Shown here: in pieces, positions 38,126-53,493 of the stretch
Layout of the letters: the number at the start of each line of letters is the position of its first letter
How positions within the stretch are numbered: position 1 is the stretch's first letter
NCBI GenBank assembly: GCA_013265495.1
Contig: MU058718.1
Location: forward strand, 310,001 to 374,000
Reading direction: 5' to 3'
Source of the DNA: Vicugna vicugna
Taxonomy: Eukaryota
Length of the DNA stretch: 64,000 bases
Position numbers and translations under genes: made by a program
Notes under the pieces: generated by a model
What the model saw: the letters and a program-made list of their open reading frames with translations, nothing else
The model's database searches: none
What the model was told of the DNA's origin: nothing

Positions 38126-41100
38126 ACTAGATTAGCTAATTTTAAAAATCTTTGTGTGTGGCACTGTCATGTGGAAAATTACCTTTATCCAATAGCAGCC
38201 TCCAACTACACTACTAGGCAAACTATCACAGAGTTCCTGGAATATAAAGGCTCATACACCAAACTGAAATGCTTGGATCACAAAAGTTATTAAGTCAATG
38301 TAAAACACACTGTGAGAAACAAGGAGGGGAAATGGCTAAGTTAGACAGGACAGGGAACAAGTGGTGTTGATAGGACCATGCTGCTGAAATCCTAGGGGAT
38401 GCAATGTTCATGTGACTTCTGTTTTTCTCTTTCTCTGCTGTCTCAACTCTCCCTGCTGGCAATGCAAATATGAAAACTAGAGTTGAGGTTTAAGCACGGG
38501 GATCCTATGTTAGTGATACCTACTTGCTCTGTCAGAGAGATGCAATTAGCCACAGTAGTAACTTAGCAGATAATCTGTTGAACAGTCATGGAGGGCACGT
38601 GGAGTCAGACTAGGTATCACTAGTGGGTGGCTGCATTAAGGACTCATGAATATTGACATTTAATGTATCATTGAGTATTTAGTGCCCAGGTGCCCTTCAT
38701 GTGTGTTAATTACCTCATGTACTCTTGGTTCTTCTAGCCCTTCTCATCAATGTTTAACCCACACATGTTCTTTACTGATCTTTACTTGATGTCTCTTTTG
38801 CTCATCCATTTCTTTTCTTCTACAGAATTGAATATAATGAGACTGTACATCAAATGTACTAAACCCTCCCCCTCTGTTATTCCTTCATCACTATGTGACA
38901 CACTCACCTGCTTTGCACATGGTACCCATTGAATAAATGTTAAATAAAAAATAAGCAGTACCTTCATGTAGTCTTGTGGTAGAAACATAGTTATTCAAAG
39001 AGTTCCTGCAGTTCAATAACACGTGGGAACTATTGGGTTTCTTTACTAAAGGAGTTGTTAGTGCCTTAATGCACTAATGTGGGGGTACCTTTCCACGAGT
39101 GACAGCACATTTAGTGTTCCCAAACTTACTAATCCATGGAACTCTTTACTCAAGGTGCATATCTAGCAATTACTGTTCTATAGAACATGTCTTGGGAGAT
39201 TCTGCCTGGGGGCTTGCTCTGTGCAAGGCCTTAAAGAGGGCTGGGAAATGTAGGTGTTTCCTATAGCAGCCACAGACTAAGCAGCTGGTTTGAAATTCCC
39301 ATGTGTACCTTACGAGGAATAGGCATTCAGCTTTTCAGGGTTAGAAATCTATGGTAAGAAGCAAGAAACGGGAACTCTAGTTACTCAGGTATGAGCTGAC
39401 CAAATTATTTAGTCAAGGATTTCTCTAATTTCTCCTTTGTAATTGATCCAGGGATGGCGCCCCATCCCCCAGTCAGCACAGTGCTGACAATGATTCTTCC
39501 ACTGATGGCTTTTAGAATGCTGCATAGTAAGGCACTTTGAAAGAGAATAAGATTGTAAAAAGAAGACTTCCCCTTCCACCAGGCTGGGAAAATATGACTA
39601 ATGAGACCTCAGAGAACCCAGATCGGTATGTAAACGATTTCCCTGATATGGCTACCCTAAAGGGTCAACGAATTCTAAAGGGTCAACGAATTCTAAAGAC
39701 TTGAAACTAAGTTTACTGGAGCCTCTGCATTTGTCAGTGGGAAGACGCTACCTTAATCTAGTAGACAAAATGGGAAAAGAAGTAGGGCTGATCACAGGTC
39801 TTCCCCCCTATCGTGTGTGTTCCGTTTCACATCCTCTGCCTTAATGCCATCAACATGGAGACAGCTATCTCCACTCCTGGCCCCCCTGCCTTCCTGCACA
39901 TGAAGATTGCCTCCTCGCCCATCTTAGATTCTCTTCCTGGCACCCTTCTCCCAGTTTGTCTCCTGCCTAAATCCTGCTCATCCTTCAGATTGCAGCTCAA
40001 ATGTCATTTCCTCTGCGAGCTTCAGTAGGTCATGCTTTTCTCACCCTCACTTATCACAAGTGTAATTAATATTATTTAATGATTGTCCCTTCCACTAGCT
40101 TGTGAGCTGCATGTTTGACTAGTGCACTACTGCCAGCACATGGCAGAGTCAGTGGTTAATAAAAATACCAGTTGGATGACTAAAACAATCTAGATGTTGA
40201 TATATTTTTGCTCATTTAAGTTAGGGCTGTTCTATTTTCCTTGTTGGCCTTAGGTCAAAGTCCTCAATTCGCTTTATCCAAGACTCAGATCCTCCCATAC
40301 TCATTCCAGGATATGTCTCTCTTATCTATTCCCTGATCAGAGTAGTAGTTGGTCTCGCTGTGTACAGGCTGAAGTCTCTCACATACTCTGGAGCAAAGGA
40401 GCCTTGGAAAAGCAGGGCTCTCCGTTTAAAAATGAGTGCCTAGTGGCCTGAGACTCTGTAATGAATAGCTCATGTGTACTCCTGAAACCCAGCAAGAAGG
40501 AATTGTGTAGTTGTGGGCAGCAGTGAAGCAAGTTGTGTTCCTAGGCAGGCTGCTGGGAATAATTCATGGAAAGCTGTTCCAGGGTGGGGCCCGCTGTTCT
40601 TTGGAATGTTGGGAACACAGCCTCCTCAGAGGTAGGACAGTTACACTCGACCTGCGTCAATGAGTTCCTCCCCAGAGTGCTTGCCCCCTCTCATCCCTCC
40701 CCGAAAGTCACTCACATACCCGTGCCTGGGGCTTGTGAGTTCCTTAGCCCACCCCAAAGTCAGCTGCTTTCAAAGTATGGGTGTGATGAGAAAAATATGG
40801 CCAGGGCAAAGGAGCTGGAGGTGAGGCCAGTCTCCCTCTTGCATTCACTCTCTGTGAGACAGGACGTTTTCCAAAGGGCAAGATACCTTGGAGCACTAGT
40901 GGAGACCTGCATTGTCAAGAGGACTGATCGTGACCCTGCACTCACAGAGCTGAATTTTACCCCAGGACTCAATGGGATAATGTGATTAATGCTCTGAGGA
41001 GAAGGCAGTGCTCAAATCATGGCAGCTGTTTAACTACCAGGCACTCTCTGGATATTCTCAGAGCCTTCTGTGCCTCCTGCATCCATAACACTGCACTGTG

Positions 41101-41639
41101 TTGGTGTCGTGATATCATGTTCTCTCCGTATGCGGAGAGAGCTGATGGCTACTCTGAAGCTTTATTAAGTTACACAGTCTTATATAGCAAAGAAGAACGA
41201 CAGGGGAAATGGTTAACAGGCAGTGTCTGGCTGAAGGTCAGAAGACCCTTTCTGTTTTGGTAAATCATGTTCGTGTTGGCACCAGCGAGCCTTACAGCTT
41301 ATCAGGGCGGAACGTATGAGAAACGGCTGCTTCACAACATTCTTCTTGGACTCAGGCAGCTGTGCCTGTCTTAGGTTGCCCCCCTCTGGGGATCTTGCCG
41401 GTCTGTGGCTAACCAGCCTTCTCACCTCTGAGGAGTCTGCAGCTTTTTATAACTTGTTTACCATTCCAGCCCAAGGCTCATTCCTTTGTTCCCGCAGTTG
41501 GGGGCCTACACGCTGGATGAAACCGGTCTGGTCAGTTTTCTCTTGCCTCTACTAGACCCCCTTGTAGGCCCAACATCTAGAAAAATCTCTTCCAGATCCC
41601 ATGTGAAGTTCACATTGGTTGAGTGATTATGATGTCAAG

Positions 41640-41840
41640 AGCTAAGTGTTTTATCTAGATTATCTCATGTAACGCTGAAAACCTTATGGAGTTAGGAATT
41701 ATCATTATCTACATTTTATAGCTGAAGAAATGGAGGCACTGGGAGTTTAAGGAACCCACCCAATGTGATACATCTAGTAAGCAGTATATATAGCTGGTCA
41801 GGCCCCAGACCAGTGCTCCTTACCACTGTACCGCACTGCT
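41640..41840 (-). mobile_element. MIR SINE
   Basis: attatctacattttatagctgaagaaatggaggcactgggagtttaagg. Confidence 0.7.
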
Positions 41841-44800
41841 TCATCCTCACTCCGATTATGATTTCCTCATTTTTCTCCATTTACCCTAACGTCACCATGG
41901 AACATACCATCCCGCACATCTGTGTATGTGTGTGTGTGTGGGGGGGTATATTTATGCTACGATTCCCTTTGTACTAGCCTAATGCAGTGCCTCGTATAAC
42001 TGAGTGCTTCATAACCGCCTCTCCACTTGTCTAGTGCTCGGTTTGGGTACCAGGTATGCTCTTTCACAAGACACCTCTTGGTGCCGTTGTCAGCCGGGAC
42101 ACTAGATGACTGGACCACTGGGCAGACCCTTTGGGCTTTTGCGTTCTTAATGACAACCGCCTGTTTCCTGAAGCAGTTGAGAGTTTCAGTTATTAGCACA
42201 AAGGAAGAGCTCTGACTCCGGGCGCGGAAGGCCCCACGCTGCTGTGACACGTCTCAGGAATCAGTCACACTGAAGTCTCGTCGACCTTTCTCAAAGAGAG
42301 CCTGGGTGAAACTGGGATTTCCTTTCAATGTTAGGTGCTCAGACCCCATATGCTTTTTAAAACAACATGTAAACTGTACATACAAAAGGGTATTACATAT
42401 CTTTGGAGTTAAATAAATAGGATGATTACTCATGCATAGCCATCACCCCACTCAACAGAACCTTGTCAGACTCTCAAGTTCTCCCTGTACCCCTCCGCAT
42501 TTGCATCCTTCTTCCAACCCTCCCCTGGGTAATGCTAATATGCTTTTCATTACACAAAGAGTATGACTTGTTTGAGAGCAATAATTCTCTGATAAATAAG
42601 TCAGATGTGATTCCAAGTACTTTGCTATGAAAGGTGCTAGCAGCAAACAGATATTCAAACTTGGAGAGTTTTGAGGTTTCACTTTCTATCCAAACTGATT
42701 TTTCAGTGAGCCGTTTCCAATACTAACTTCTCAAGCAGTGCAGCATTAACAGTGTGCTGAGAACAGATGTGTCACTATATTGTGGTCACTGCGCAGTATG
42801 AATTTTTGCCATAGCTGGGGACATGTAGGTTTATGGCATGGGCTGTCGGAAGGCTCAGCTCAGTGGCTACTGCCAAGGGGAAGAGCAGGATTCAAACTGC
42901 AGGAGGGAAGTGGGCGGAGGACCCGGAGACGTCAGCACCAAAGAAAAATGGTTTCCTGCAACCGCAACAACTCTGCCTGTCAGAGAACGTGTGAGAACCT
43001 GTTTGTGGGAGACGTCCTACCACCAGCCTGATAGCCTAGTGTGACAACCCCTGAGGCACTGAATCCTTACAGGGGAGCCACAAGTTGCAAAAAGTTAAGA
43101 ACTATGACTTCAGCCAGCAGATATTTCTGAAATGGTTTAACAAGTTTTCAACATTTCCTGCCACGAATGTACCTTATGAAATAATAATTTCACTGTTCCC
43201 TCCTCCCCACCGTTACTGTGAATAAGAAACACTCATGTCAGCCCAGGGCTGGAGGAAATGAAATGCAATTCTACCACAGGTTTGGTAATGTTTGTACGCA
43301 GCAGCTAAAAGTCCCCCCCAAATTGGACATAATTTTCAGTGCTACTCAGTTTGTGAGAGGATTAGGTTAAGAAAAAAACTGGGAGCTTTAAGGGAAATTG
43401 CTTTCAGAACAAGAAAAAAAAAAGATACATTTGAGGCTCTGAGGCAGAAACCCTTGGAGAGATGCCCAGAAAAGTAAGAAACCTTATTCCCATCTCTCCT
43501 TTTCTATCTAGCTTCTCTAAAAAAAAAAAAAAGGCATGGCTTCCTGTTCTAGGACTAGAATGTGCTGTTTTAGAGACAACGTAGCTGCAATTAAGTGACT
43601 CGGTATTTTTCTTCACCTCTATGAGATGCAGTGTGACACCCTAAATAATATAGGTAAATCAGAGATTAATTCTATGCCAAAACATGTTTTTTAAGTTCTT
43701 TTTAATCTCAGGAAACAAACACAGAATATCTTCACTTGCATTCTTTTTTATTATAGCTATGATAATTATATAATTTGTCTTTAAAACTGGGACACTTTTG
43801 AGAATGGAAGGAGGATGTATTAATAATTACACTTGAATGACATAAACCAGAGTTGTCCCAGGCCAATTGCCAAGTATGACCATCTACAGTGCATCCTTTG
43901 TATTCAATAAATATATGATCACATTGTGTAACTTTTAGCCTTCAAGTTTGACAATCTTTTGTTTTAAAAGCATTAACACAGATACCATATATTAGATGTG
44001 TAATCTTTCAGTTATGCTAATACAACAAATACGACCCTTTGGCTGGAGGGAAGAATGTACCATTTTTTCCCTCATGATGCTTTAGGTACTTTGAGCATTA
44101 TCATGTTAAGGTAAATGAGCACCGGAAACTAGTCAATTGCACTAAATCATACTTCAGAGCTGAGCTCAAAGCTAAAAACTCTGCCCCCAAGTCCCCAGCT
44201 ATTGTATTGCTCACTGAACCATGAACAGCTAGCTGCATTCTAGAATTTGATCAGACTTCTATTATGAACTCATGAGAGGTAGAGACTTATTACCACCTTT
44301 CAGATAAGAAGTCTTGTGAAGTTTGTAAAGAGGCTCCTAGTTGACGTTAAGCCTCTTTATTCCCACTTCTATAAAAAGCCAAAGTAGGAGTCCCGATCAT
44401 TAGTCATGTAGTTTGGTCTTTTTTTGTGAAGATTCCTTTGACATTTAAGAGGGGATCCAGGTATTCATTAAGTTTAGTACTTGGGATTTTTCTGTGTTGC
44501 AGTAACTAAGCAACAGTTAAGATGTTTTAACTTAGCATGTCCTGTACTGGCAAGTTTAAAAAAAGAACTGTCGAGCTGTACTTGGCAGAACCTCCTTAGG
44601 ACTCTCCCACCCTCTGTACAGTTCCTGTACATCTTGGCTGCTCATCTACTACTAACAGAGACCTCTTTTATCTCAGCTACACTGACAGACTTGTCCAAGC
44701 CTTTCTGACTGCAGGGCAGCCAGGCAGCCAGTGTCTTCAATGATCAGTAGGACTGAAACGAGTGGTTTAATCCTAACTTTTATAAACAAGCCTCACACCC

Positions 44801-46097
44801 GTATCGTAAACCTACTCTTAACTGCTACACCTTTATCAATGAGTATTATTTGCCTTTGTTTATGAAAATAACAACTCTCTTAAAAGTTAGCAGTTTTAAG
44901 AATTGTGCTTATTCACCAAACTGTAAGGATATGCATTTCAAACACGAACACTAGCTTTTTAAAGTGAATATCCAATGAAACTCATTCAGTGACATAAGCT
45001 GTGTTGACGGCTCTGTTACATAACATTCAAGAAACATTAGATAGATTTGACTTTCCAGGTATACAGTTTTGGAAGTAGAACTACAGCACTAAGGCAACCA
45101 TGGCAGGCACACGTAAGGTGGAGAACCTGTTCCTAGGAAAGCTCGGCAGTATAAGTGGAACAAAGCAAAAGCGGACATCAGTCACACCCAGGAGTCTTAT
45201 CTCAGTTCCATAACATTCAAGCTAGGTGATCTCTACCTCTTAGCCTTAGTTTCATCTATAAAATAGGGATTAAGAACTGTCCTTAGAAATTTGTTGTTGA
45301 GGCTTAACTGGGACTGTGCGTGTAAACTGTCAACTAGACTTATTTCTGTCTCCTAGATTGTATGTATGTATCTCAAAAGGAGGTGTTAAGAATTCAGTGA
45401 GCTCAAGTATGTAGGTGGACACAGCAGCTATCATTACTAGCTCCCGGGAAATGAAGCTGGATGAAGTAGGACAACACGTAAAGCTCAGTTTAACCTGGAC
45501 TCATCATCTATAAAGTTCACCAGTTGACTGTTAAGAGTTTTCCCATAGTTTTGGAACCTAGTCAGTGGCATCTTAAGGCGACAAGAACAAATCAGGGTGT
45601 CTTGTGGAAGAGAACAAAGGTTTAGACTGGTAATCAAGGAACTGCACACAGAGGGTACTGGATGCCTGAGCAAAATGTAATCTAGTGGACAAACCCTAAG
45701 TCTTGATGTTTGAAGAGCTGGTGCCATCATGTAGTACAACCTTGGGAATTTACTTAACCTCTTTTAAAGATTTCCTTATCCCTAAAAAAGTCTGTCTTTT
45801 TAGACTACCTACCTATCTTTAAGGAATGCTAGTCTCAAGGACCATTTAAAACATGAAACCTAACACTGAACAAGACACAGCAAAAACTTAAAATGTTAAA
45901 TAATCCTCTTTTCTTGTGTGACACAAACACTTTAAGCATAACTTAGAATTCTAAATGGATGGAGATTGTTACACTTTGTGAATCTGATTATGAGTTTAGC
46001 AAACCTCAACTAGGAAACGTGGTCATCTACAATAATTTTTAAAATTTAAAAGCAGCAAAACTTTTTGTCCCTCACCCCCAAACAACTTATCTCTAAG

Positions 46098-46419
46098 TGC
46101 TATGAACCGAATTGTCACCACCACCTCCCAATCCATGTTTGTGTCCTAACTTGCAATGCGATGATATTTGGAGATGAGGCCTTTATGATGGCATTAGGGT
46201 CCTTACAAGAAGAGACAACAGAGAGCTTGGTTTTTCTCTCTCCACGTGTGAGGAAACAGCGTTGGCCTTCTGAAAGCCAGGAAGAGCCCTCATCAGGGAA
46301 CTGAACTGGCTAGCACCTTGACCGTGGACTTCCTAGCCTCCAGAACCGTAATGGTGTCTGTTTGTTTAAGCCACCCAGTCTGTGGTATTTTGTCATGGCA
46401 GCCCAAACTGACTAATACA
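46098..46419 (+). mobile_element. MaLR solo LTR (MLT1-type)
   Basis: tgctatgaaccgaattgt...ggacttcctagcctccagaacc...tttaagccacccagtctgtggtattttgtcatggcagcccaaactgactaataca; TSD ctaag / gtaag. Confidence 0.9.
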
Positions 46420-47499
46420 GTAAGTAAAGCACATACAGTGGAAGAGTGAAACTGCTCTAGAGAAAGTGGGGAGCAGAGAGGAACTAAGCTGAACCTGCTG
46501 TCTTCTCTTCCCTGGAACCCAGAGAGCTGCAAAATATAGTATGAAGATAAATTGCTTAATGCATCAACATAAAAACCTGCCCCCATGAGAATAATGTTCA
46601 AATGTTATAGGAACAGGTCTACGATGGCCCAAATTCTCTTCTGGTATTAGAATTCTATTGCATTGTTTTATCTAAAATAAGTGAGCTGATAGGATTCTAT
46701 TTTGCTTTAGAAATCTGTTGCAGAAGGATTGGTGCTAAGTTTTAATATGGTAAAAAAAAATAAAAGAACCTCCTTGTATCAGGTACCCAGGGAAGATACG
46801 TGTTTGTCAAAGGAATGTCATTTCACGATGGGGGGAAAAAACTCCAGCCCTGCTCCAGAGTGATCTTATATTTACTACCTATTTCACAGCTCTGCATTAG
46901 GTGGGTACTTTTAGGAGATATAAAACAAGACATCAAGTACCACTTAAAAATTTTTAGTTGCATTTTGTCCACCTGAAAGGCAAAAAGCAGAAATCCTCTT
47001 CAGAACTGGCATATACCATAAATTATTCACTCAGTTATAGTCCCACTCAAACAAGGTTTCAAGAAAGGCTACCAAAACCCTGTGGAAAGGAAATGGCAAA
47101 TATACAAGTTTAACATGACCTTCACTACAGACATAGCAATATCTTTCATAAAAGAAAGCGGGGATGGTGGCAGCAGGGGCAGATAAAGGAGGTTCGTAAC
47201 TGTGTATACAGATAACCTGGTTACAAAGAGCAGCCTAGCCTTGAAGGAAGAAGAGGAAATCCTCACAACGGACAGTACGTTGCTGAAAGATGGTTTGTGG
47301 AGGAGCGCCTGTTCCCAGGCAGTCTATTTAAATGCCTTAGTGAATGCAGGTCACACACAGAGGGGTGTCTAAGGCTCTTTTTCTTTCTTTCTTTATGACA
47401 AGAAATTTGCAGTTAACAAATTAGGTGCTGGACTTGCTCTGGGAAGCCCAGAATTGGGCCTAAAGATTAAAATAAATGGAAAAACTGAAACCATGAAAA

Positions 47500-50400
47500 T
47501 ACAATTAAAAAAAAAGTTTTCAGGTGTAATACACAAAAGCAAACAAGTTTATCTTAAAAAATATCAAGTATCATATCCATAGACTATTCCTAATTATAAT
47601 TACATCTTAAAGCAACATTTGTCTTTGTTTACAAATACAGCAGCAGGTGATAAAACCTAACATCTCAAACAGATTGCTTACAGTTCATAATACAAATGTA
47701 TATGTCTCAAATCACATTTTAGGCAGTTTAACTTAAAATGCATAGACAATTACATACATTAAATTTGTCATTATTAAGTCAATGAAAAAAACCACAATAT
47801 TAGGAAAAAGTTACAAAAAAAAACCTTTACAGAGCACGCATAAGAAGTCAAGTTTACTTAATGGCAACAAATCGGTATCTGCTAATCAGTGACACGCAGT
47901 GAAAGTGCCTTTAACCAGGGGAAAAGTGAAGAGGAAAAACATCCCATTAACTTTTGCACACTTTGCACTGAAAAACACTACAGTCCTGAAAAGCATTTTC
48001 TTACTTTAAAAAAAGGTATGTATCATAGCTCTTTAAATGCCCAAAGACTGGTCTATAATTTCCACCAGCAGCAATACTAAAATGTTTGCCTAGGTAAACT
48101 AATAATGAGTGTACTAATGAGTTCTGTAATGCGACCCCTAGGCTGTAAGCCCCTGGACAGGCACTCTTTGTCAGCTCTATCTCTGGCATCTGGCAAAGCA
48201 CCTGCGTCATGGACATTTAAGTATCTGCTGAATGAATGCAGTTTTCAGATGTTTTCTATTGCCAGAAGCTTGCATGGCATTTCTTTAATACTGATTATTT
48301 TGTTGGCAATTTTTGTTTTACTTGGCAGAATTCTGAAAATAGAAAGAATAGTGTCTGTCTTCAATACTAAATATTGCTTGTATTAAGATTATAGTCTCCC
48401 CTGAAAGCCACCCACCACTTTCTATGCATAGTACAGTGTATCAGTGTGATTCATCTGAATTAAGCATTATGCTTTCAAAAACTTGAACACTTGAAGGTCT
48501 TAGGTTTAATTTCCAAGGTTTATAAAGCAGGCATTTTATAAATCTAGCCCTAGATTATTCGGGGTGAGGAAGACACTGGCACTAATCATTAAGAAGTGTA
48601 GGCAACCGACTGATATGCAAACTAGGCACAGTATTTTAATTGAGACTTTGATCTACACAAACAGTTTCAAAAGCTGTACATCTGAGTACAACAGGTAGCA
48701 CTAATTATCTGTGAGGTAAAAATATCAGGGGTAAAACTGACTTCTTCCCTGGACAATATTCCAGTATCTCACTGTAGTGGTGTGACAGACCAAGGCCCAA
48801 AACTCACCCCTTTTCTTCTCTGTCCTTTTATTATTCTCTACTGAATGCAATAAACAGTAAAACTGACAAAGGAAGGTGGCCCTTGGTAATTAAATTATTG
48901 TCTCTTCCCAAATAATCAATGTATTACTTCACAGAAAACAGGCTTTAAGAGTCAGAGCTGTACACAGCCATCTTCAAAAGCATGAAAAGTGTCGCGTCAA
49001 ACCCAGTACAGACAAGCCAAGGTATTGTAAGCTCTCCTCTAAGGAGCCTTGATTCTTGAGGACTGCGTATGTAAATGAGGCCCTAAGGTCTATTTAAAAA
49101 TTTTTTGCTGTCATTTTTAGGTTCAACATTTCAAAAGCTAAGATTCTAACTTCAAAAACAATATTCCTCAACACATCTCAACTATCTCCATCAAATTTAT
49201 CTTAAAATTCTTGCTCTGAAAGTCCAAATGCCAGCATATTCCATACTTCATATTCCCTTGAGACCAAACATACTTTCTAATAAGCAGTTTCTTCCACAAA
49301 CCAATCTCAGCCTAGCAAGACTTGTTTTAAAAGCAACATTATTCCCTTGTAAAGACAAAAAACCTTCTTAGATGCTTTCCCCCATTCCTCCCCTGAAACA
49401 GCTTCTGCTTTTCTTAACTCTGCCCTGAACCTAAAAATACTTTTTGCCCCAGAGTGCCCAAGAGAATTGAGATGTCCCTTCTCCAAGTTAAGAAATGATG
49501 CTTGAAAGAATTAGAAGGAATGTAATAGCAAATTCTATTCCTTTGGTTTCCAATCTTGAAAAGAAAAGAAAAAATTTCCGAAACACCAGTTGGAAAACCC
49601 TCGAAAAGCAAAGCTTAAAAATGGCAGTATCATCTAGGGCTCACTGGGCTATGTGGGTTGCCAGCAAAGTTAATATACTTAGAGGGGGTAGTAATTTCAA
49701 ATCTTGTCTTCACGGTCCTTCAAATCCTTTAGCAAAAGTTTTTCTCCGATAATAAATGGATTCTAAAACGACAGATTCCCAAACTTGCTACCTCGTCTTC
49801 TTTCAGTTAAACGTTATTCTCTCTAGCGTTAAATACCTTTAGGTAAAGCTAGAGTTGTCAATTTATCCCAATGTAGGACAACCAAAATAACCAGAAGGAG
49901 AGGTATCTTTGCTGCCATCTTACTTTTCCTATCATCTTATCCCTCCAGAGTTAGATGACATTATGATACTGATTGACAATTTAAGCCATGTCACTTTCTA
50001 AGGCTACTGGCCTAGTAAACTGAAGGCTACATTGTCAACACAGATTCTAAGTGTGCTACAGATAGCTGGCACTTGTCCCTCCAAAGTGAAAGAAGAAAGA
50101 TTGTGCCATTCTGAAAGACCTGTCTAACATTCCCCAGTCTGAAAATACCTAAACAAATCAGTTTCAATTCCAAAAGCTTGAATCTATCAGCACTTAAAAG
50201 GGAGGCCTAAACACCGAATGTTCCTCTCAAAGGTGACAATCTTGCTTTCTTAAAAGGAGGTAGCTATCAAAACCATTAAACTGGCAGCATTTGGCATTCT
50301 CGACATTTTAACTACAAGAGAAATAAACTACCAAATATTTTATTTCTAAGCAAAAATAAGCTCTAGCATAAATCTTTCCTATACTGGTCAAGAAATGCAC

Positions 50401-51779
50401 AATACATTTTAGTAAGCCAATGGATACATTCAGTTTCAAAATGTTATTTGACAAATAACATGGTCAGTTCTATACCAAATCTAAAAAATCTGATTTAAAG
50501 GTGCCAAAAAGTAAACAACTTTTTCTAAGCAACACAGTCATATTGCTTTAAACTCAACTGCAGAGATCTACTTTATTATTCTTCTCACTGTTAGAACTAA
50601 AGGATAATTTTTAAGGACGGCACTCATTCTTCTATTTACCTATCAACAAATACAGAACTGAACTGTTGGCCATAAACACTTTACAAACAGATCCAGGAAA
50701 CTATGTAAGAGACAAGGACAACTTAACTAGACTGAAAGACACATACATATTTTGATCACACTTATACAAAGAGAACTATCATGTCTGTCTGACTAAGGTT
50801 CTCTAAACCTAATTTCTCTGTCTGTGATAGACCCCTTGAGTGTGCCAGTTTTCCGTATCAGGGAGGAATTAAGGGATGTGCGCCTTCTAAAGAACAGAAG
50901 GAGAGGGGGCTACAGGAAGGGTGTTTTGTGGGAATGCAAATTACTTGTCTATGAAGCAACTCCCAGGGTCTCCTCTGGGAGAGAATGTTTCCTTCCTTGA
51001 GCTCTTCCCAAAGCCAATATGGACATCTCATGATTCTAAAGCAATACAAAGAGATCCCCAATTCCCTAAGAATATAATTTACATACATGTTGGCCTGCAA
51101 AAGATAAAAGTTAGTTTCCATAAATGGCAGATTTTAGAGCTGTATAAACCATCTGGCTAATAATAAAACAAGTAAGATGGAACTCAAAATAAAGGGAAAG
51201 TTTTTCTAAAAGCTCAAGGATAAAAATGAACACTGCCTGGTTAATGAGCTCAACATCTGACAATAATTATGAAGTTTTATATATATCCAAACTAAAACCT
51301 CAAGAGGACCAGATTTATTTATCCTATAGATAGAGCAGCTCAAGATGTTGAGAGGCATCATTTGTTTAAATTATGACAATGTGATTATTTTCAAAGTGTG
51401 TTTATTTAGGGGAAAAAGTGATTATGTGTTTAGTTTCATAATTTAAACAAATCGAAAATTTGTCTTAAACAAATTGTATCAAATTATAAAAAAAATTTTA
51501 AACAAATTGTATTCAATACACTTAATCACTTTAACTTTCCATAAAAACCGAATAAAAATCACATTTGAATGATTTACTTTTACATTTTTATCTGATTGTA
51601 TCCATCAGATGTACTAAACATCCAAGTACAAGAGGCAGATATCTTCTGAGAGGTGCAAGAGTTGTTCTTTCATGAATGCCCTCTAAGAATAGTGAAACAG
51701 CAATTTTTATATATGCATTCATGTGCATATATATATGTACTTCAAAAAGCAAAGCGTCATCTCTTCATCCATTGTTAAC
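47500..51779 (-). other. MAPK1IP1L: Long 3'UTR of MAPK1IP1L (distal end uncertain)
   Basis: Repeat-poor, U-rich (minus strand) sequence after the stop codon. AATAAA at 51401-51406, 51314-51319, 50572-50577 and 50339-50344. Distal boundary inferred from composition only. Confidence 0.55.
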
Positions 51780-51791
51780 TTAATGGTAAGA
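51780..51791 (-). CDS. MAPK1IP1L: Last coding exon (SYH*)
   Basis: Polypyrimidine tract plus ttgcag|TCT TAC CAT TAA; matches the known C-terminus ...GGPHSYH. Confidence 0.93.
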   Translation of the reverse strand, partial: SYH

Positions 51792-52779
51792 CTGCAATAG
51801 AAAAAAGAAAAAGTAAACTTCTAGATTTTGTAAATGGAGTTTATTAACTCCTTGCTGTGGCTTAAAATAAAGTTACTGTTTAATAAAACCAAAGAGCAAA
51901 TCATCTCACATATTTTGGCATACAATTCACAAAAATATTTTTTTGAGAGTATATAGCAAGAAGTTACACTAATGAAAGGAAGTTTTTGGGGCACTTTATT
52001 AAAATTTTTTTCTTTACAATTGAGGTGGATGTTTGATTAATCTAGCTGAAGATCTGATTAGTATTTTGTTAAGAATAAATAGATTTTTCCCCCAAGGAGA
52101 CCTGACTCTGCGTTTGGATACTGACTTGGCCCAGTTCATAGGAAAACAGGGTGCTTTTCTATTTGGTCACATGTTCAAGACTGGGTCCTCAACTAAGATG
52201 TCAACCCTACTCCAGCCTGGCTGATATGTAAAACATACAGCATTACATAGAGCTGGCAATGTAGGAGAGCAGTATAATCTTGAGCTCAATTCTGCTAAGG
52301 ATCTAAACAAAACCTTGGCTGAGAAACACTATGGATAGCTGCACGAAAGATGGGTAACGTTATATATTCACTGGCCTGGATTCTCTAATCTACCTCTATA
52401 TCTAGCTAGAGTGGCAGAGATTACTTTTACTGAACTGTGTGCTTTGGCATGATGCTATAAAACCTTACTGAGAAATGTTATATAAAAAAAAAAAGGTTCA
52501 ACGAAACACATCTCTGAGTTTACTTCAAGGATGCTATTGAGGACACTGCTTACTACATTACAAAGTCTTTAGAAAATTTTTCTATTTTTAGTGCCAGAAA
52601 TACTTAACTTGTGCTTTCATCCTTTTAAATGCTTTACCTGAAGTTTGGAATTTACTCTTACTTTATACACACACCTTTCTAAAAAAAGGTTTAAAAACTT
52701 TCCAATCTTCCAACCCAAACTGGAGACAATCTTTTAGTTGTGCTTATGGGACTATTAGTGCATGTTAAATAACAAATTA

Positions 52780-53493
<714 letters not shown>

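Noticed and set aside
39058..39077. Small hairpin TTAGTGC-N6-GCACTAA
   Set aside because: A 7-bp stem is expected by chance and probably lies in an old DNA-transposon remnant.
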